Shown one piece after another: positions 61,541-64,000 of a DNA stretch of 64,000 nucleotides. The stretch is from Okeania sp. SIO1F9. GTDB lineage: Bacteria; Cyanobacteriota; Cyanobacteriia; Cyanobacteriales; Microcoleaceae. The stretch's first letter is position 1; the number at the start of each line of letters is the position of its first letter. The notes beneath the pieces were generated by a model, which saw only the letters and a program-made list of their open reading frames with translations, was not told the origin of the DNA and made no database searches. The translations under genes were made by a program, and so were the position numbers. The DNA lies in assembly GCF_010672745.1 (NCBI RefSeq), contig NZ_JAAHFW010000035.1, positions 8,973-72,972 of the forward strand, given 5' to 3'.

Positions 61541-62533
61541 TTAATTAGCGGGTGTCAAAATAATTACTGTTCGCTGATTGACATCAGCAGCAGGATCGCT
61601 ACCAGGGAGTGGTTGAGAAAATCCCATTCCTTTGCCAACAACCTGATATGGTAAATTCTGCTGTTTCAAATATTCGACTACTGCATTTGCTCGGTCTTGA
61701 GATATTTCTTGGTTTAACTGAGCACCACCGACCTGAGATGTATGACCTTCAACTCTAATCGTAACTTTATTAGGATCGTATTCTTTAATTTCTGAGATGA
61801 GACTATTTATAGTTTGCTCTGCTTGGGGAGATAATTCAAATTCATCAAATCCAAATTTTACTTGACCTAAAGTTTTGGCTTTACTCAAATTCTTGCCTTG
61901 TGGTTGAGATGTTGTAGATGTGTTAGTAGAGGTAGCAGCAGAAGTTTCGATTTCTGGCGATGATGTAGCAGTTGGTTGTGCAGTTCCAGATCCAGAGGTA
62001 GTAGTAATATTAGTAGTAGGTGATACGGTCGCAGATGGAGAAGTAGATACTGAGCTAGTAGTTGTTTCAGTGTCTGTGGTTTCTGTAGTTGTAGTTATAG
62101 ACTCTGCTTCAGTGGTTGTTGTATCAGTTGTAATAGGAGTGGGAGACTCTGCTGTAGTAGTTGTTTCGGTTTCTGTGGTTTCTGTAGTTGTAGTTATAGA
62201 CTCTGCTTCAGTGGTTGTTGTATCAGTTGTAATAGGAGTGGGAGACTCTGCTGTAGTAGTTGTTTCGGTTTCTGTAGTTTCTGTAGTTGTAGTTATAGAC
62301 TCTGCTTCAGTGGTTGTTGTATCAGTTGTTTCAGTTTCTATTCTTTGTACTTGAGTAACTTCTGTTTTATCATCTACATCTTCAGTTTCAGTCAATTGAA
62401 CATCAATAGTAGGTTTTTCAAAAGCTTTAGGACCTGCAAATGCCCAAGCACAAATCATCATAAAGCCCATACATCCTGCTAAGATACTAGGACTTAAAGT
62501 TTGTTGGTGATGTATTTTTTTTTCAGCAGTCAT
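61541..62533 (-). CDS. OmpA-family protein (N-terminal transmembrane anchor, Thr/Glu-rich repetitive linker, C-terminal OmpA peptidoglycan-binding domain)
   Basis: C-terminal 'TIRVEGHTSQVGGAQLNQEISQDRANAVVEYL'. The linker holds three tandem 32-aa repeats (TTTEAESITTTTETTETETTTTAESPTPITTD). Confidence 0.7.
   Translation of the reverse strand: MTAEKKIHHQQTLSPSILAGCMGFMMICAWAFAGPKAFEKPTIDVQLTETEDVDDKTEVTQVQRIETETTDTTTTEAESITTTTETTETETTTTAESPTPITTDTTTTEAESITTTTETTETETTTTAESPTPITTDTTTTEAESITTTTETTDTETTTSSVSTSPSATVSPTTNITTTSGSGTAQPTATSSPEIETSAATSTNTSTTSQPQGKNLSKAKTLGQVKFGFDEFELSPQAEQTINSLISEIKEYDPNKVTIRVEGHTSQVGGAQLNQEISQDRANAVVEYLKQQNLPYQVVGKGMGFSQPLPGSDPAADVNQRTVIILTPAN
62043..62333. repeat. Three tandem 96-bp coding repeats inside the OmpA-like gene
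   Basis: Near-perfect direct repeats visible in the DNA at about 62050, 62146 and 62242. Confidence 0.75.
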
Positions 62534-62834
62534 ATCTAATAATATAGCTCCAAACTAGGTTTATCTGAAATAACTTCTATTAAACTAATATGATATTGAT
62601 AGAATCAGCAACTGGCAAAAAATCCAAAATCATTGAGATTCTTGTTATTATTTATAGCAGCATTTTATGACAAATGGAATAAATCGTAAATTATTTTTTT
62701 TAAGTTCTTTATATCCTTTTAATATTACTATTTAATATTACTATATTCTAAATAAATTGGATTTTAATTGAAAATTAAATATCTTAAAGAGACGTTCCGC
62801 CAGAACGTCTCTAGAAAACTTGTATTGTTGTTAA

Positions 62835-62975
62835 CTAGCCAACTGTATAAGCGGTACTAAGTCCCCACAAAAGAAGAAAGACTATTGCACCTAGAATCAC
62901 AATCGCAGAAATGGCGATCGCGCTGGGAGTATCTGCTCCCTTAAATTTCATTATTCCACGGTCAAGGTCTGACAT
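62835..62975 (-). CDS. Small (46 aa) single-transmembrane-helix protein with a strong RBS, below the ORF-track cut-off
   Basis: An AGGAGA sits 8 nt upstream of the ATG. It encodes 'MSDLDRGIMKFKGADTPSAIAISAIVILGAIVFLLLWGLSTAYTVG'. It looks like the small photosystem/stress membrane peptides but does not match any I can name. Confidence 0.35.
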   Translation of the reverse strand: MSDLDRGIMKFKGADTPSAIAISAIVILGAIVFLLLWGLSTAYTVG

Positions 62976-64000
62976 AATATTTATCTCCTAATTATGTTTT
63001 TGATTTTAGCTAAGATTTTCTGGAAATATGTCTATATTGCTACTATATTTTCTCCCATTTCTGTTTATGATTTGTCTCTAATATTAAAATAATAATAAAG
63101 ATTGGCAATGGTCATATTTTAGGCCGTTTATAAATTAGATAATTCTATGATTTTGTCATCAGTGTTAATTAATTATTGACTGAGATCAGACTCAAATTGT
63201 TTCCTAATCTAATCAGGGGTGTTAAAAAAAGGGAAGATACTTCAGAATATGATAATTATTCTGGTAATTCTGAGCAGGTTAAAACTGAGGAGGAATCTGA
63301 GCAAATTAATGAAGTTTTGCATGTTTAAACAGCAGATTCTCAGGAGTTATCTCAAGATATTAGTTTGCTCAGGGATTTTTTATACTTATTTGTACGGTTC
63401 TCTTTACAATCCAAGGGCTTAATTTACTTTTTAAATGTTCGGGAAATTAAGAAGAATGGATTTTATGTTTTTTGAACGCAGCACATAAACAACCAGAATT
63501 AATGTTGATGATGATATTATTTATTCCAAGTATCACAGTTTCATTGTTTGTGATTTACTGGCTAATACTTCAGTTTATTAAAGCTCTGGCTTTGCTTAAG
63601 CAAAAGTTTCTTGAAATATACTTCTCCGACATTAACTTTAATCCCTTGTAATACCTGGGAAAAAACTTAGTTTCCGGAGATGAATAATCCAGAAATAGGA
63701 AGGTAAAAAACATCAAAAAATTCCCGAAAAAAAAATTATCTAAATGTTAGGTAGATTGCCTATAATAAATATAGAAGCTAGAAATAAGAATTGTTTAGAT
63801 AGATCGGTTCTGACAATATGTAGATAACGACTGTACAGATCTCTACATTTATAATGATAGCTTTTTGTCGAATATTGGACTTTGGACAAAAAGAAAAAGT
63901 GGTTAGCGTAAGTATTACACTAACTAATCGGTGATTGTATTAGAAATCAAATCTGGAATTATCTTCGTTTCTCACATTATTTATCATCCTGAAGATCATA

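Noticed and set aside
1-64000. tRNA, rRNA, tmRNA, RNase P RNA
   Set aside because: I scanned for GTTCGA/T-loop contexts and the conserved rRNA and RNase P blocks and found none. The few GC-rich hairpins are repeats or terminators.

Overview
This 64 kb window looks like chromosomal DNA from a filamentous, heterocyst-forming cyanobacterium (Nostoc/Anabaena-like). GCGATCGC (HIP1) palindromes are frequent and there are dozens of heptanucleotide STRR tracts (GAAGGAA, CCCTACT, TTCCCTG, AGTCAGG, GGCAGAA). Gene content is typically cyanobacterial: a SasA-like clock kinase, three tandem IsiA/CP43' genes (the third an IsiA-PsaL fusion) next to a CpcG/CpcL-type phycobilisome linker, a group-2 sigma factor, PurB, PriA, RimO, a DEAD-box helicase, ClpS, TldD, PanE, a P450, a rubrerythrin/PerR-like divergent pair and a Ser/Thr-kinase-WD40 protein. 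About half of the window is housekeeping. The rest is accessory, decayed and repeat-rich.

The accessory content comprises:
- An AT-rich island at the 5' end that carries a two-gene cassette, a DGQHR/DUF262-like ParB-fold protein followed by a HEPN (Rx4H) protein. This is my top candidate for an uncharacterised defence or abortive-infection module.
- Two eukaryote-signature genes, each carrying in-frame stop codons. One is an eEF1A-like ORF with degenerate GTPase motifs. The other is a Major Vault Protein homologue that is clearly a pseudogene.
- A proteasome-type (COG3484) gene interrupted by an in-frame TAA.
- A MITE/IS-remnant family with 27-bp terminal inverted repeats.
- Several other small dispersed repeat families, including one that always sits immediately 3' of minus-strand genes.
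- A 3.5-copy tandem array of ~130-bp units.
- Several truncated gene remnants (porin, ABC permease, VanX-like, subtilase, PEP-CTERM).

No tRNA, rRNA or CRISPR was detected. All family assignments come from motif recognition by eye and from recalled sequences, not from database searches.
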